Shown here: positions 19,144-29,986 of the stretch, in pieces
Layout of the letters: the number at the start of each line of letters is the position of its first letter
Position numbering within the stretch: the stretch's first letter is position 1
From: a virus
Taxonomy: Duplodnaviria; Caudoviricetes
DNA length: 64,000 bases
Reading direction: 5' to 3' (one strand)
Virus record (IMG/VR): IMGVR_UViG_3300011008_000002
Made by a program: the position numbers and the translations under genes
Notes under the pieces: model-generated
Told to the model about the DNA's origin: nothing
The model's database searches: none
Seen by the model: the letters and a program-made list of their open reading frames with translations, nothing else

Positions 19144-20157
19144 CTAAACAATCGTAAAGCCTGCGCCTTCCGTCTTGTTCGAGTACATTGTCTTTTCGAT
19201 ATTTTGCAGAGAGAAACCTTTGTTGTCGTCAGCAACTTGTTTCTTCGCGAGGGCACCGATATCCTCATCATTGATTTTGAGCTTGTCGGCTGTACGCCGA
19301 AGTTTAAGAATTATTTTTTCCTGTTTCTTCAGTATCTCCTGCTTTTCTTTAGCAGACTTGCTTGATGCCTGTACACCAAGCTTATTGAGTTCGAGGAAAT
19401 ACGCCTGCATTTCCAAATAGTCAGACAGTTTCACCTTTGTACGGTAAAAGAAATAGATAAGTTGCCTTGTCACAGGGATAACGGATACCAATGCTGTAAT
19501 AACAACCCCAGTGATAACGATTCCAGTTCCAGTGAAATTTTTCCTCTGGGCATCCAGCAAATATGTACTCATTGTTTCGAAGTGACCGACCTTAACCTCG
19601 TCATTGAACCGCCTTAGGTTATCGAGAGATATTCTCCCTCTGCCTTTATCGTTCCTCGACCTACTATCATATTGTGACTGCTCAGGTCCCAAAAGATAGT
19701 TCATATAGTCGGCAATTATCATTGACGTTGCATCAATGATTGCCATTACGATTGTGTTATAAAACAGAATCAAATAATCCTGCTTCATTTGAAATGCGCT
19801 CTCAAATGTAGGGGTATATTTTTTCATGTTCACAATAGCTTGCCTAACAATATCAACCTCAGTGGTTGGAATATTGTTCTTAACCATGAGCTCTGATAAA
19901 ATATCTAAGCTCTCCTCTGTAGATTTCATATACTTGCACTTGGTAATGCTACCTTTAGAGTCAGGGATATCACCGAAGTCGCAATCCTTCCTCTCTAATA
20001 TGGTCTTATAAAGACCCTGAACCAAAGTGCCGTTAATCTGATGTACGTCATCCTTACTCATAGTTTGGATATATCTTTTATCGTCTGAGGAAGAAGCTTC
20101 CATGACGATAGGTGATACCTTGACTACATCAGGATACCATCCAAAATTCGAAGCCAT
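19144..20157 (-). CDS. Probable virion structural protein
   Basis: Late operon; VME|A site near the N-terminus; hydrophobic segment GIVITGVVITALVSVIP. Confidence 0.55.
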   Translation of the reverse strand: MASNFGWYPDVVKVSPIVMEASSSDDKRYIQTMSKDDVHQINGTLVQGLYKTILERKDCDFGDIPDSKGSITKCKYMKSTEESLDILSELMVKNNIPTTEVDIVRQAIVNMKKYTPTFESAFQMKQDYLILFYNTIVMAIIDATSMIIADYMNYLLGPEQSQYDSRSRNDKGRGRISLDNLRRFNDEVKVGHFETMSTYLLDAQRKNFTGTGIVITGVVITALVSVIPVTRQLIYFFYRTKVKLSDYLEMQAYFLELNKLGVQASSKSAKEKQEILKKQEKIILKLRRTADKLKINDEDIGALAKKQVADDNKGFSLQNIEKTMYSNKTEGAGFTIV

Positions 20158-20158
20158 A

Positions 20159-21556
20159 TCACATACTCCTTCCTAACATCTTCATCATGTTCTTGAACGC
20201 CTTGTCGTCATTTTGTCCTTCCCTACGAAGTGTATCATAGGTATACGTGTCCGTTGTATCAATACCATCAAAACGGAAAGTTGCTCTCTGAGTTACCGGA
20301 TTTACAATGACATATCCGAGCAGGAAATAGATATTCATCAAACGATTTATAACCATCTCGTTGCTCATATCGTATCCATAGTTCTCAAGGATATACTCGA
20401 TTGTAGATTGAGAAATGACCAGAGTTGCATTAGGCATAATGGACTTCTTTGTGAGTTGAAGCTTTGACTTAGAAGCCATCGCTCTGCGCTTTAATGCAGG
20501 TCTCCACCCTGTAACATCATTTCCACTGTCCTTCGCATCCATCTTGATTGCATCAAGTGCAAACATAAAATCCTTAAAAAACTTAATCTCTCCCGTTGTC
20601 CAACGAATGAAATTGAATATAACATCTTCGTTTCTCATCCCAGATACAACCATACGGGCAATTTCAGAAGCAGGTATCGGATGGAGAGTTGCTTTCACGC
20701 CCATGACAAAATCAATAGGAGTAAGCTCCTCTTTGGTGAATTTATCTACCGGATATACCCTTACATGAAGAAGTGTAGGAACCAAATCATTGGCTTTCTT
20801 ACAGTCATTGTCGGTAAGAGTCCTCCATTGACCACCCCTTCCACCGCCACCAGATGAAGGTATTTTGACATTTACATTGTTATGAACATCTACGTTACGA
20901 TTAGTAACATTAGCTTTATCACCAAAGCTTACATTACCACCACTTGTACTCAATTCAACGTTGTTTGTGTTATACGTATTGAACGTATCACCATCAGAAC
21001 GACGAGCTTCCATAGTAGGAAGTCTCCTCTCAAAACGTGCATTCAAGCTATCCGGAGCAGCCATTTCCCTAACGGTATAGTTAAATCTGGCATTGATATC
21101 CTGCGGAATGGATGCCTTTACTCCCTCATAGATAACAGAAGCCAACCTAAAAGCCTCACTCTCTAAGGTGGTATATTCCATATTGTTATTATCCGCAGAT
21201 TCTTTTACAAAATCCAACAAGCTGAGACGATACTTCTCTTTGTCACCAGATACTCTCATATTCTGATGGAATTGTTTCATATAAGCAGAGGCAGAGGGGG
21301 TTACTCCCTTCTCAACCTCAAGATATGGGTCCATCGTAAGCACAGTAAGCAAGAAGGAAGCAAATTTCTTCTCCGCTGCTCGTGCGATAAGACTACTGTC
21401 ATCCAAAGACATACTATCGTCTACAAGGACAGGGAAATTTGCTGTACCTTCCATAGCGGCTGACGAGATAGACCGTTTGGAACTGTATATGCCAGCTTCA
21501 GCAAACTGAGCTTTAATATCTTGCATAGTGCTGAGGGCATCTCTAATTTCACTCAC
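20159..21556 (-). CDS. Probable virion structural protein
   Basis: GTG start after AAAGGAGGT; ACA-N6-TAA at 21583-21594; internal VKE|S, TLE|S, IYE|G, TME|A sites. Confidence 0.6.
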   Translation of the reverse strand: MSEIRDALSTMQDIKAQFAEAGIYSSKRSISSAAMEGTANFPVLVDDSMSLDDSSLIARAAEKKFASFLLTVLTMDPYLEVEKGVTPSASAYMKQFHQNMRVSGDKEKYRLSLLDFVKESADNNNMEYTTLESEAFRLASVIYEGVKASIPQDINARFNYTVREMAAPDSLNARFERRLPTMEARRSDGDTFNTYNTNNVELSTSGGNVSFGDKANVTNRNVDVHNNVNVKIPSSGGGGRGGQWRTLTDNDCKKANDLVPTLLHVRVYPVDKFTKEELTPIDFVMGVKATLHPIPASEIARMVVSGMRNEDVIFNFIRWTTGEIKFFKDFMFALDAIKMDAKDSGNDVTGWRPALKRRAMASKSKLQLTKKSIMPNATLVISQSTIEYILENYGYDMSNEMVINRLMNIYFLLGYVIVNPVTQRATFRFDGIDTTDTYTYDTLRREGQNDDKAFKNMMKMLGRSM

Positions 21557-21659
21557 GTTAGTTACCTCCTTTATTTATAGATTTATTGTTTTGTTTCATA
21601 GGCAGAATACACGAATAACAGAGGAGACAGTACTATGACTACTCCTCTTTTATGTAGTT

Positions 21660-21953
21660 TCACTGACCGAACTTTATATTCATAAGTTCTTTCAAATAAG
21701 CTTGAGGGTCATTTTCATAAAGTTCTGCTGTATTTACCATCTTCTCTATAATACCGTATATGGCTTTGTATTTAGGAGAGTTCTTAACTTTACTTTTCCA
21801 CTCAGTTATTTCTTCTCTTGTCGCAATACCCTTTTCCATCATAATTTGGAGAGATGTCTGTGCATCAACAGCAGCTTGTACTATAAGACCCAATGTATAT
21901 GCTTCTTTCTTAAGCTCATCTGGTTTGTAAATATTAGCAGCCACTTTTATCAC
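21660..21953 (-). CDS. Hypothetical protein (97 aa)
   Basis: ORF bounded by hairpins on both sides; GTG start uncertain. Confidence 0.6.
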   Translation of the reverse strand: MIKVAANIYKPDELKKEAYTLGLIVQAAVDAQTSLQIMMEKGIATREEITEWKSKVKNSPKYKAIYGIIEKMVNTAELYENDPQAYLKELMNIKFGQ

Positions 21954-21994
21954 TTCCTTTCCAATAATTTTATTGAATTGTCAAAATGTATACA

Positions 21995-22032
21995 AAAAAT
22001 AATAGAGTGAGACAAAATCAATCGTCTCACTC
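21995..22032 (-). terminator. Intrinsic terminator
   Basis: GAGTGAGAC/GTCTCACTC stem with a T-rich tail on the minus strand. Confidence 0.65.
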
Positions 22033-22041
22033 CATCTTTAT

Positions 22042-22404
22042 TTAACTCACACCGAATACTTTTCCAACAGCAGCACCAATCGCATGAATGGCACTATCAC
22101 CTATACCTAAAGATGCTGAAGTTTTATGACTATCATTAACTTCAGAATTTATTTCAGTATAGGATTTCCGCTCCATGTTGATATTGAACTCAGGTGATAC
22201 AGTTACATTACTTTCTTTCTCCGCATGTACTTGTATCGTCGGGTTCATATTCACATAAGTAATCTCTTGCATTGGAGCGTCATCTTGTTGTTTCGGGCAT
22301 TTCACTTCTCTATCTGAGCCTCCAAGATCGTGGTAAACATTGTTCATCCCATTAAGAATAGAATCGACTGGGTCAGCTCCAAAAATATCACTAAATATTC
22401 CCAT
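22042..22404 (-). CDS. Hypothetical protein (120 aa) with a long structured leader
   Basis: RBS AAGGGAGGT; TATATTAA at 22534-22541 (minus); own terminator. Confidence 0.75.
   Translation of the reverse strand: MGIFSDIFGADPVDSILNGMNNVYHDLGGSDREVKCPKQQDDAPMQEITYVNMNPTIQVHAEKESNVTVSPEFNINMERKSYTEINSEVNDSHKTSASLGIGDSAIHAIGAAVGKVFGVS
22360..22383 (+). repeat. 24-nt exact direct repeat, copy 1 (inside the 5' coding region of 22042..22404)
   Basis: AGAATCGACTGGGTCAGCTCCAAA, identical to 45116..45139. Confidence 0.9.
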
Positions 22405-22627
22405 GGTACTAAATTAACCTCCCTTTCCCTTAGATGCTTTTTAACAAAACTACTATTTTGAGGGGGAGAGATGATGGTTTAGTACCGTCATTTCTTTATT
22501 CTATGGTTCCTTTCACTACCATATTTCATTTTCTTAATATATACACATCAAATTCTTTGAATTATGCCCATTTGCACAAACCTGTAATCATAAAGATTAT
22601 AATGGAAGAAAGGGGGTAATCTCACGG

Positions 22628-24136
22628 ATGAACTCTACAACTAAAGTAGTTGGACAAGTTGCATATAAAGACGCAGCTGGAAATACAACGTATCGTACAT
22701 ATACTCAGTACAAACAAACCGTTATAGCATCAGATGATAATGGTTATAATCAGGGACTAAAAAACACCGAATCTGTGTCTCTAACTGGATTGAAGGATAA
22801 TGAACTAAATAAATCGTATGATTATTTGAGGATGGAAGACTATACTGGAAGTATAAAATCAACTAATACTCAAGTTCCTACACTAATGACCGCAAATGGA
22901 CGAATAACAAGGTATCAGGCATACACATATACTCCCGGTAGAGATCCAAAATCAACAAAAGGTTCTGGAAATCCACATAGAGATAGTACTACTGGTTTAA
23001 TAACCAACTTCAAAGATGATAAGGGCAATCAAATATTGGAGCAAAATCCTAAATCTTTAGGAGTTGACAAAGAATATCCTAAAGTATTAGTTGACCCCAA
23101 TAAAAGTGATGACCCACTTGTCGGTGCGTATAAGTATGATTATACATTGGAGATACAAGATAACCTAAAGGCAGAGATAAAAAAGATAAAGGATAATCTT
23201 AATATCCCTTCTGCATATAACAGGTTGGAATTGAACAAAAAGTTCCACCAAGAATTCAATAGATTTCATGTCCAATATCCAGATTACTTCATGAATAATA
23301 CAATCGGGTATGTATTTTTCACACGACCCGATTTGAATTTGTTTGAACCGAATTCGGATGTAATCTTAAGTCAGATTGCGAATGATCCGCAGTTATATTA
23401 TGTAATAAAAGCTAATCCCGAGACGGCAAAGCTTTTAACTGCGGGATATTCATCAGACCATCATTTCAATACATTATTGTCAAATACAGTAATGTCTCTT
23501 GATATTTCTGATATGGCAATTGATACTTTGGAAACTGGTGAAACAATGACTGGGTTTAAGACTCAATATGCAAAAAGCAATGTTCGTTCGTTGACAGCAG
23601 GTACATTGAGTATCACATTCCCAGAAATATATAACATGGCAATCACTCAGATGCATCAATTATGGTGCGGATATGAAAGTGGAGTATATCGTGGTTCATT
23701 GAAACCGAAGGATGAGTATATTTGGTACAAAGAACTTGATTATGCCTGTGACATATACTATTTTTTAGTAGATGCCGAAGATATGATTATACGATATTGG
23801 GCAAAATACATAGGATGCTTTCCTTTGAATGTAAATCACAGTGTATTTTCACATAATGGTGAAAATCAAATCAACCATCCAAGCCTAAATATCTCTTATG
23901 CTTATTTTGGAAGAGAAGATATGAGCTTACAAACATTCTATGAATTTAACAAAAATTCTGGGGGGATTGACAAAAATAACTATATCTACAGAGCTAATTA
24001 CATACCACAACTCGGAAGCAGTGGAAGTACGTGGTCTGGTGCTCCATTTATAGAACCAATATCTCGACCAGCAGCTAAAGGTTGGTCAGTACAATCAGAA
24101 TTATATGCTTTAAGGTTTAAGCCTTCATACGCATAA
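22628..24136 (+). CDS. Virion structural protein, tail-tube/baseplate-like
   Basis: YVFFTRPDLNL; GTLSITF..E, DYACDIYYF and YIGCFP resemble tube-fold proteins of jumbo phages; ACA-N6-TAA at 22576. Confidence 0.6.
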   Translation: MNSTTKVVGQVAYKDAAGNTTYRTYTQYKQTVIASDDNGYNQGLKNTESVSLTGLKDNELNKSYDYLRMEDYTGSIKSTNTQVPTLMTANGRITRYQAYTYTPGRDPKSTKGSGNPHRDSTTGLITNFKDDKGNQILEQNPKSLGVDKEYPKVLVDPNKSDDPLVGAYKYDYTLEIQDNLKAEIKKIKDNLNIPSAYNRLELNKKFHQEFNRFHVQYPDYFMNNTIGYVFFTRPDLNLFEPNSDVILSQIANDPQLYYVIKANPETAKLLTAGYSSDHHFNTLLSNTVMSLDISDMAIDTLETGETMTGFKTQYAKSNVRSLTAGTLSITFPEIYNMAITQMHQLWCGYESGVYRGSLKPKDEYIWYKELDYACDIYYFLVDAEDMIIRYWAKYIGCFPLNVNHSVFSHNGENQINHPSLNISYAYFGREDMSLQTFYEFNKNSGGIDKNNYIYRANYIPQLGSSGSTWSGAPFIEPISRPAAKGWSVQSELYALRFKPSYA

Positions 24137-24153
24137 GAAAGGAGAAGTAAAGT

Positions 24154-26859
24154 ATGCCTACAACTACAGATTACAGTTCTATATATACAGTAAAGGACTT
24201 CTATCAAACTCACATCCTTCCTTTATTTTTTGACAAAGATAAACTTGCACTAGCAACATCAGGAACTTTAGGTTTATTTCTGGATATAACCGGTACAACG
24301 ACCGAAGATATGATTAATATCATGGGTCGTTATATTAATGAAATTATGCCCGGAAGAGCCGAACTCCCTGATTTCATTTATGCTAATGCAGCTAACTACG
24401 GTATTACTGATATACTTGCGAAACCTGCAAAAGCTTCAATGCTTTTATTGGTAAAGGAAGATGATGTGAATACTTACGGGAAAACAGTGGGTGGTCATAA
24501 AGAGTTCGTAATTGACTCGGATATGAGTATTCTCATTGATGATTTATACTATAGTATTCCATTCAATATCAAAATTCGTTCTAGTCAATATAATGGGGAA
24601 TATAACCATATGGCATTCTATGATATGGATTATATCAACTCTATATCAGAAGAAAAAATCCCATTCATAAAGACTATGAAAACTCTCATAAACGGTGACG
24701 TCTGGCTCGTATTAAGGGTAACCGTATATCAATACGTACGTCAGGAATACAATATTCCTATCAACACTAATAGCATACTGAATATTCCATATTCGGATGT
24801 GGAATTTTCTGACCAGTTGTGTAATTTTGAAGTATTTTATACTCCAAATAATTCTACAAAAGAAATTCAACTGATAAAGAGGATGGATAACACTATTCCC
24901 CTCACTGACCCGTTTGTATTCTATAAGTTTACAAGTGATACATCATTAAGGTTATCATTCGCAAACGATGACCGTTATTTCCTTCCAGACTACGGTTCTA
25001 ATATACGAGTATTAACGTATGAAACTAAGGGCTCCGCAGGTATATTCGGAAAGTTCAAGGAGGGGCTTGATGTAAATATTCGAGCGGATACAAAGAATGA
25101 AGATATTGCTTACAATAGAAATATCTTTCCTATGGGACTCACTCAAGGTGATTCAAAAGGTGGGAGAGATCAGTTACAATTAGGGGAAATAAAAACTCTT
25201 ACCTCAGAAGCTCAAGTAACCGTCAAATCTTATACAACTGATAACGACCTTGATAAATTCTTTAACAGTTTCGCGTCCATCTATAAACACGATGCGAAAT
25301 TTGTAAGGCAGAGAGATGACATCGCGGGAAGAGATTTTGGTTGTTTTACCAGAGTTGGGGATGGGGTTAATATTTTTCCTACTAATACTCTGGACATGAG
25401 ATTAGATGTTACTGACATAGATAAGCATTTCTCTTCATTAAGACAATACATTGTTAAGGCAGGAACTAGGTTCCAATACGAAAATAGTCGTACCGCAAGT
25501 ATTGTTAAAAAGAAGCAAGCTGATGCTGAGACGGAAGAGATAGAGTATGCAATAGCCCCGCTTATGGTTATTACTACAAAACCAAATAAAGTAAGCTATT
25601 ATATGAATACCATAGATCATGATGTACAAGTTGATTATAAGTATTTCAATGCTGATGTTCCGTTCAATTTTGTAGTGAAAAACTTGAATGTATACCGAAA
25701 TGCGGTGCAAGGTGAAGAAGAATATACTATCACACTTCAGTTAGCTCGTGTTGATGGAGTATTTAATGATGTACAAGCTACAGATTTTGAACTTCAATCA
25801 ACCAATGGTGAAATCGAAATTGATAAGTTCAAGGTTATTATGACATTTGATACAAACGTTGGTAATTACGTTGAACTTCAGTTTGACCATCAGGAAGAAT
25901 TCGACACTACAGAAGAAACAGAGGAAGAGTCCGAAGAGGATGAAGAAGAACCCACAAGCGAAGATTATATCTACACATTTGTTGCTAAACTCAAAACTAC
26001 GGATGTAATTGACAATAAACGGATACTTCTTACTAACCTTCTAAAACGAGAAAATAGTGAAGAAGATGAACGATTGGTAGACATCATAGATCCAAAAGTT
26101 CAGGTTGGGGTTTTCTACGATTATGATGATATCATTGGTGGAAATCACGAGTTTACGGATATTGGCTTAGTAAAAAGTTTAACGCTATGTAATATATATG
26201 AGCCACAGGACGATGAATTCTACTTTGCATTCCCGTTGAACTTTATGAGGTCTCATGTCATTTTCGAAGATAAACCTGAAACTCCTGATGGGTTTGGATT
26301 TTATATCAAACAAGTACCGTTATTTGGAGCAGATTTCTTGTTAGATAAAGACTGTGATATTGATAGAATTCTCACAGATATCGCTTCAGAACATGAGTAT
26401 CTATCAGAGTTACCAAGCAAGCTTCACGCTCTTTTTACTATCAACATGAAGTTCTATTGTACTTATGGAAGGAGCAGAAGTTTCTATATCGGATATGGTA
26501 ATAAAGAAGAAATACTAAATCATGTGAACTGTTCGATTGAGCTTGGTATCAAATTCTATGATGGTATTATAGTAGAAGATTACTTGGAACAGATACGTAT
26601 CTTTGTCAAAGATTATTTTGAAAAGATTAATAAGTTGGCTTCCGGTGCCAATCAGGTCTTCATATCATCGTTAAATCAGCAGTTGCACAACAACTTCAAA
26701 GACCAGATAGAATACTTGATATTCTATTCTGTAAACGGGTATGATTCCAAGTATCAGGTAATCAAAATGACTACTCCTATGGATGAAAGTCCTTTACCAG
26801 ATTTCGTACCCGAATATCTCACACTAAAAGCGAGTGATGTGATAATCACGACACTCTAA
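24154..26859 (+). CDS. Baseplate wedge protein (gp6/baseplate-J-like)
   Basis: 901 aa; A..P..IY..A, YETKGSAG and GGRDQL...EIK patterns typical of wedge subunits. Confidence 0.65.
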   Translation: MPTTTDYSSIYTVKDFYQTHILPLFFDKDKLALATSGTLGLFLDITGTTTEDMINIMGRYINEIMPGRAELPDFIYANAANYGITDILAKPAKASMLLLVKEDDVNTYGKTVGGHKEFVIDSDMSILIDDLYYSIPFNIKIRSSQYNGEYNHMAFYDMDYINSISEEKIPFIKTMKTLINGDVWLVLRVTVYQYVRQEYNIPINTNSILNIPYSDVEFSDQLCNFEVFYTPNNSTKEIQLIKRMDNTIPLTDPFVFYKFTSDTSLRLSFANDDRYFLPDYGSNIRVLTYETKGSAGIFGKFKEGLDVNIRADTKNEDIAYNRNIFPMGLTQGDSKGGRDQLQLGEIKTLTSEAQVTVKSYTTDNDLDKFFNSFASIYKHDAKFVRQRDDIAGRDFGCFTRVGDGVNIFPTNTLDMRLDVTDIDKHFSSLRQYIVKAGTRFQYENSRTASIVKKKQADAETEEIEYAIAPLMVITTKPNKVSYYMNTIDHDVQVDYKYFNADVPFNFVVKNLNVYRNAVQGEEEYTITLQLARVDGVFNDVQATDFELQSTNGEIEIDKFKVIMTFDTNVGNYVELQFDHQEEFDTTEETEEESEEDEEEPTSEDYIYTFVAKLKTTDVIDNKRILLTNLLKRENSEEDERLVDIIDPKVQVGVFYDYDDIIGGNHEFTDIGLVKSLTLCNIYEPQDDEFYFAFPLNFMRSHVIFEDKPETPDGFGFYIKQVPLFGADFLLDKDCDIDRILTDIASEHEYLSELPSKLHALFTINMKFYCTYGRSRSFYIGYGNKEEILNHVNCSIELGIKFYDGIIVEDYLEQIRIFVKDYFEKINKLASGANQVFISSLNQQLHNNFKDQIEYLIFYSVNGYDSKYQVIKMTTPMDESPLPDFVPEYLTLKASDVIITTL

Positions 26860-26910
26860 GAAGCACGAAAAACAAGGTTATAATCAAATTTATGAAAGGA
26901 GAGAAAAACG

Positions 26911-28746
26911 ATGGCTAAGGAAAGTGTTTTCTCTACACCAAGAACTGAAAACCTGACAGCTAGTCAGATGTTAGAGAACTTTATCAATAAGAGAAACAAT
27001 CAGCGAAATAACTTAAAGGCTATCGCAGAGGCGCAAAAAGCATCTGAAATCGACCCTGATTTCACAGCTACATTGGAAGCTGCTTCAGTTGAAGCTGATA
27101 AGAAGGCTAGAGCTGAAACCGCCATGGAAAATGCGGAATATAAACAGGGTGCAAAGAATATCGCCCTGAATAAATTCGGGCTTCGTTCTCAGATGATACA
27201 GGAGGCTACAGATTACATCACCGGAAAGGTCTTAGGAGAACTTATTTACGAGTGCTACTGGCTTGACGATGAACTTAAGGAAACCACTGCCGATCAAATT
27301 ACTGATAACATCGAGAATGTGCTTGGATACGTTGAAGAGAATTTCCCCTCAGCAAAAGTATCTGAACGTAACATGAACCCGATGACAAAAAATATCTTCA
27401 ATGCAATAAAAGAAACTGCGGATGCAGCAGTAAACCGCATTGTGAAAGAATGTGACGAGGATTGTACAGTTTATCCTGAATTCAATCTCACTGATGCGGA
27501 AGAAGATGAACTTGATAACAAGCTTGTCGATCTTGGGAAAGATGACATCATTGACCTTGTTAAAGAAAAGGTTGCTGCCGTTGTTCAGGATGAAAAGAGG
27601 CGTGGTGAGGAAAAATCCAACCTCTTTAAGGAAATTGATGAACTCTCTTCCGAAGGAGAAGAAGGAGAAACTGAGGAAGGTGAAACCGAGGATGGAGAAG
27701 AAACTGATGAATCACTTTTAGCATCCATCAAAAACACTACGCCAACGACGGAGGCAGTTGAAGTTCCTGTAACCAAGTATAGGTACAACGTAAATTCTTC
27801 TTCGTATACTGCAAACGAAAGGTACATGGCAAGCGTGATAGAGTCTGACCAACACGTACAGCTCTTCAATGACCCTACATGGGGTGAGTTCAAGGCATAT
27901 GTATCCTTACAGTGCAAACAGATAAGAGATGTACTTGATAGAGCCGGTGTATCAAAGAATGCAGCGGATTATAAAAACTCTATTTGCCTAATTGAAGATT
28001 TGGAAAAGAGACTGGTTGGTGTTCCTGAGACAGTTACATCGGAAGTAAAGCAGTATATCATGGCTATGGTGAACATCATATACGCCTCTGTATCTACCGA
28101 TGACGTTGTAATATGTCGATTTGGAAATCCTATGGGTGCTCCTGATATACAGTCATCTAGTCCTTCAATTGACTATACTACAATCAGTTGGATGGACTTG
28201 TTTGCCAATATAAAGACCAACCTTGCTTCTATCAAGAACTACTGCAATGATAAAGCTAATGCAGAGGTCATTGACGATGACACCCTGAATGATTCTGATT
28301 GTCCTGTAACGGGAAAGGATTCTCTTGCTCAAAAGGTAGCACAGGCTCAGACACGTATCCTTACGAAAAATTTGGGTGGTAGTCTGTTTGAAGCTATGAT
28401 GATAGGAGCAATTAAAACTATCTCGTCGGCAACTATGGAATCCAGTTCCAAATATAACGATGAAGATGTTGACAATGCAGCTTTGGTAGAATCTCTCCTG
28501 AACTATACTATACTTGAGACACTTGATACCATTGGTATGTATAAGTTCAGGGCTAACGATATCAATGCAATGATGCGGAACTTTATGTATCCCACCCTCG
28601 AAAATCTTGGTGATAGTAACAATAGTATCCTTGGTCATGGGAAGGATAAGAAAGGTCTTAAGAAAATCCGTATCAACACCAAAAAGTTGAAACAGAAGAA
28701 AAACATCATGGCTAGTTCCATATCTACATTCAAGAAAGACAAATAA
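26911..28746 (+). CDS. Probable virion head protein
   Basis: ACA-N6-TAA at 26872; TLE|A, IQE|A, TTE|A, VIE|S, TME|S sites; acidic linker. Confidence 0.55.
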   Translation: MAKESVFSTPRTENLTASQMLENFINKRNNQRNNLKAIAEAQKASEIDPDFTATLEAASVEADKKARAETAMENAEYKQGAKNIALNKFGLRSQMIQEATDYITGKVLGELIYECYWLDDELKETTADQITDNIENVLGYVEENFPSAKVSERNMNPMTKNIFNAIKETADAAVNRIVKECDEDCTVYPEFNLTDAEEDELDNKLVDLGKDDIIDLVKEKVAAVVQDEKRRGEEKSNLFKEIDELSSEGEEGETEEGETEDGEETDESLLASIKNTTPTTEAVEVPVTKYRYNVNSSSYTANERYMASVIESDQHVQLFNDPTWGEFKAYVSLQCKQIRDVLDRAGVSKNAADYKNSICLIEDLEKRLVGVPETVTSEVKQYIMAMVNIIYASVSTDDVVICRFGNPMGAPDIQSSSPSIDYTTISWMDLFANIKTNLASIKNYCNDKANAEVIDDDTLNDSDCPVTGKDSLAQKVAQAQTRILTKNLGGSLFEAMMIGAIKTISSATMESSSKYNDEDVDNAALVESLLNYTILETLDTIGMYKFRANDINAMMRNFMYPTLENLGDSNNSILGHGKDKKGLKKIRINTKKLKQKKNIMASSISTFKKDK

Positions 28747-28749
28747 TAG

Positions 28750-28789
28750 AATTGCCCATATTTCGTTCAAATGAGATATGGGCAATTTG
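28750..28789 (+). terminator. Intrinsic terminator
   Basis: AATTGCCCATAT/ATATGGGCAATT stem. Confidence 0.7.
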
Positions 28790-28814
28790 TATTAAAATAA
28801 AGGAGGTGATATAA

Positions 28815-29963
28815 ATGTCATTAATGAGTTCCGTAATGGAAACTTATGTAGGTAAGCCAAAAGAATTGGTAAAATGTGAAGGTTATTTTAGGGAAATAAT
28901 TGATATAATCAATAATAGTCAGACCGCTGATTTATCTGTTAATAGAGTGAACCGACTAAGCAAGCCCCATAAACAACTTGAACAAACTTTGGAAGACTTC
29001 TTAAAAGTCGGTGATATTGCTATTTATTGGTTAAATGGTAATGTCAATGCATTCACAATCCCAGCATCAAGTCTAACAATAGCTCAACGTAGGGCAAATG
29101 GTGATTTCAGTAAAGCAAAATTCCACATCGCACTATATGAAAATTTAGTATACGATGCGGGATTAAACGAAGGTGAATTGATGGCTGTTCTTCTACATGA
29201 ATTGGGTCATTGTTTCTATACAAGTTCTTGTATGGTTAGTGGAGAAATATTAGCGACCATACTAGATCCGATTAGTGTATTACTTGCATTCGTTGGTCAA
29301 GGAGTATTAAAAATCAGCAACAATATCGTTGACCAAATGAAACGGAGTGTACCAGGTCTGTATAATATAATAACTAAGATTAATCATATTAGTCTTCAGT
29401 TCAATTATATTCTGAACTACTTGGTTTTCATACCGGATTTGAAAAGTACAATTAAGGGTTTTATACAGAATATACGTAACCCTTATTTCTTATTTGGTAA
29501 GTATGGTAATGAGCGTGGAGCCGATTCATTCGCAACAAAATATGGTTATGGTGGAGAATTGATAAGTGCTCTAAAGAAGCTAAGCAGACCTGAAAATGTT
29601 GCTGCTGTACAGACATTGAATAAGATGGGTGGATTTGGTGACTTCATGTTAGATTACCATGAGCTATTGGTTGAACTATATGGAATGATAACTATAGACC
29701 CACATCCGAATAGTGATGTACGTGCACGATCAATGATACAGAAACTGAAGAGAGATCTTAACACGGGGGATTATCCACCAGAGCTTAAGAAAGACCTAGA
29801 AAAAGAAATAGCGAGACTTGAGCAGATATACTCAACTATCAATGACAACAAGAGTAATATTGAAATTAAGAAGGGTTGGTATAATATGGTGAATTGTCTG
29901 CTAAACGGTCACAGTAATCTTCAGGAAATATTCAATGCTTATTATGAGCAAAATGAATTTTGA
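28815..29963 (+). CDS. Zinc metallopeptidase (M48-like)
   Basis: NAF motif, AVLLHELGH (HExxH), ERGADSFA, ALKKL and HP..R: the M48/HtpX motif order. Confidence 0.8.
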   Translation: MSLMSSVMETYVGKPKELVKCEGYFREIIDIINNSQTADLSVNRVNRLSKPHKQLEQTLEDFLKVGDIAIYWLNGNVNAFTIPASSLTIAQRRANGDFSKAKFHIALYENLVYDAGLNEGELMAVLLHELGHCFYTSSCMVSGEILATILDPISVLLAFVGQGVLKISNNIVDQMKRSVPGLYNIITKINHISLQFNYILNYLVFIPDLKSTIKGFIQNIRNPYFLFGKYGNERGADSFATKYGYGGELISALKKLSRPENVAAVQTLNKMGGFGDFMLDYHELLVELYGMITIDPHPNSDVRARSMIQKLKRDLNTGDYPPELKKDLEKEIARLEQIYSTINDNKSNIEIKKGWYNMVNCLLNGHSNLQEIFNAYYEQNEF

Positions 29964-29986
29964 TTTAAGCACCAACAAAAAAGTAA

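Noticed and set aside
25890-25965. Acidic E/D/T run inside the baseplate wedge gene
   Set aside because: In-frame low-complexity loop with no intein or mobile-element hallmarks.
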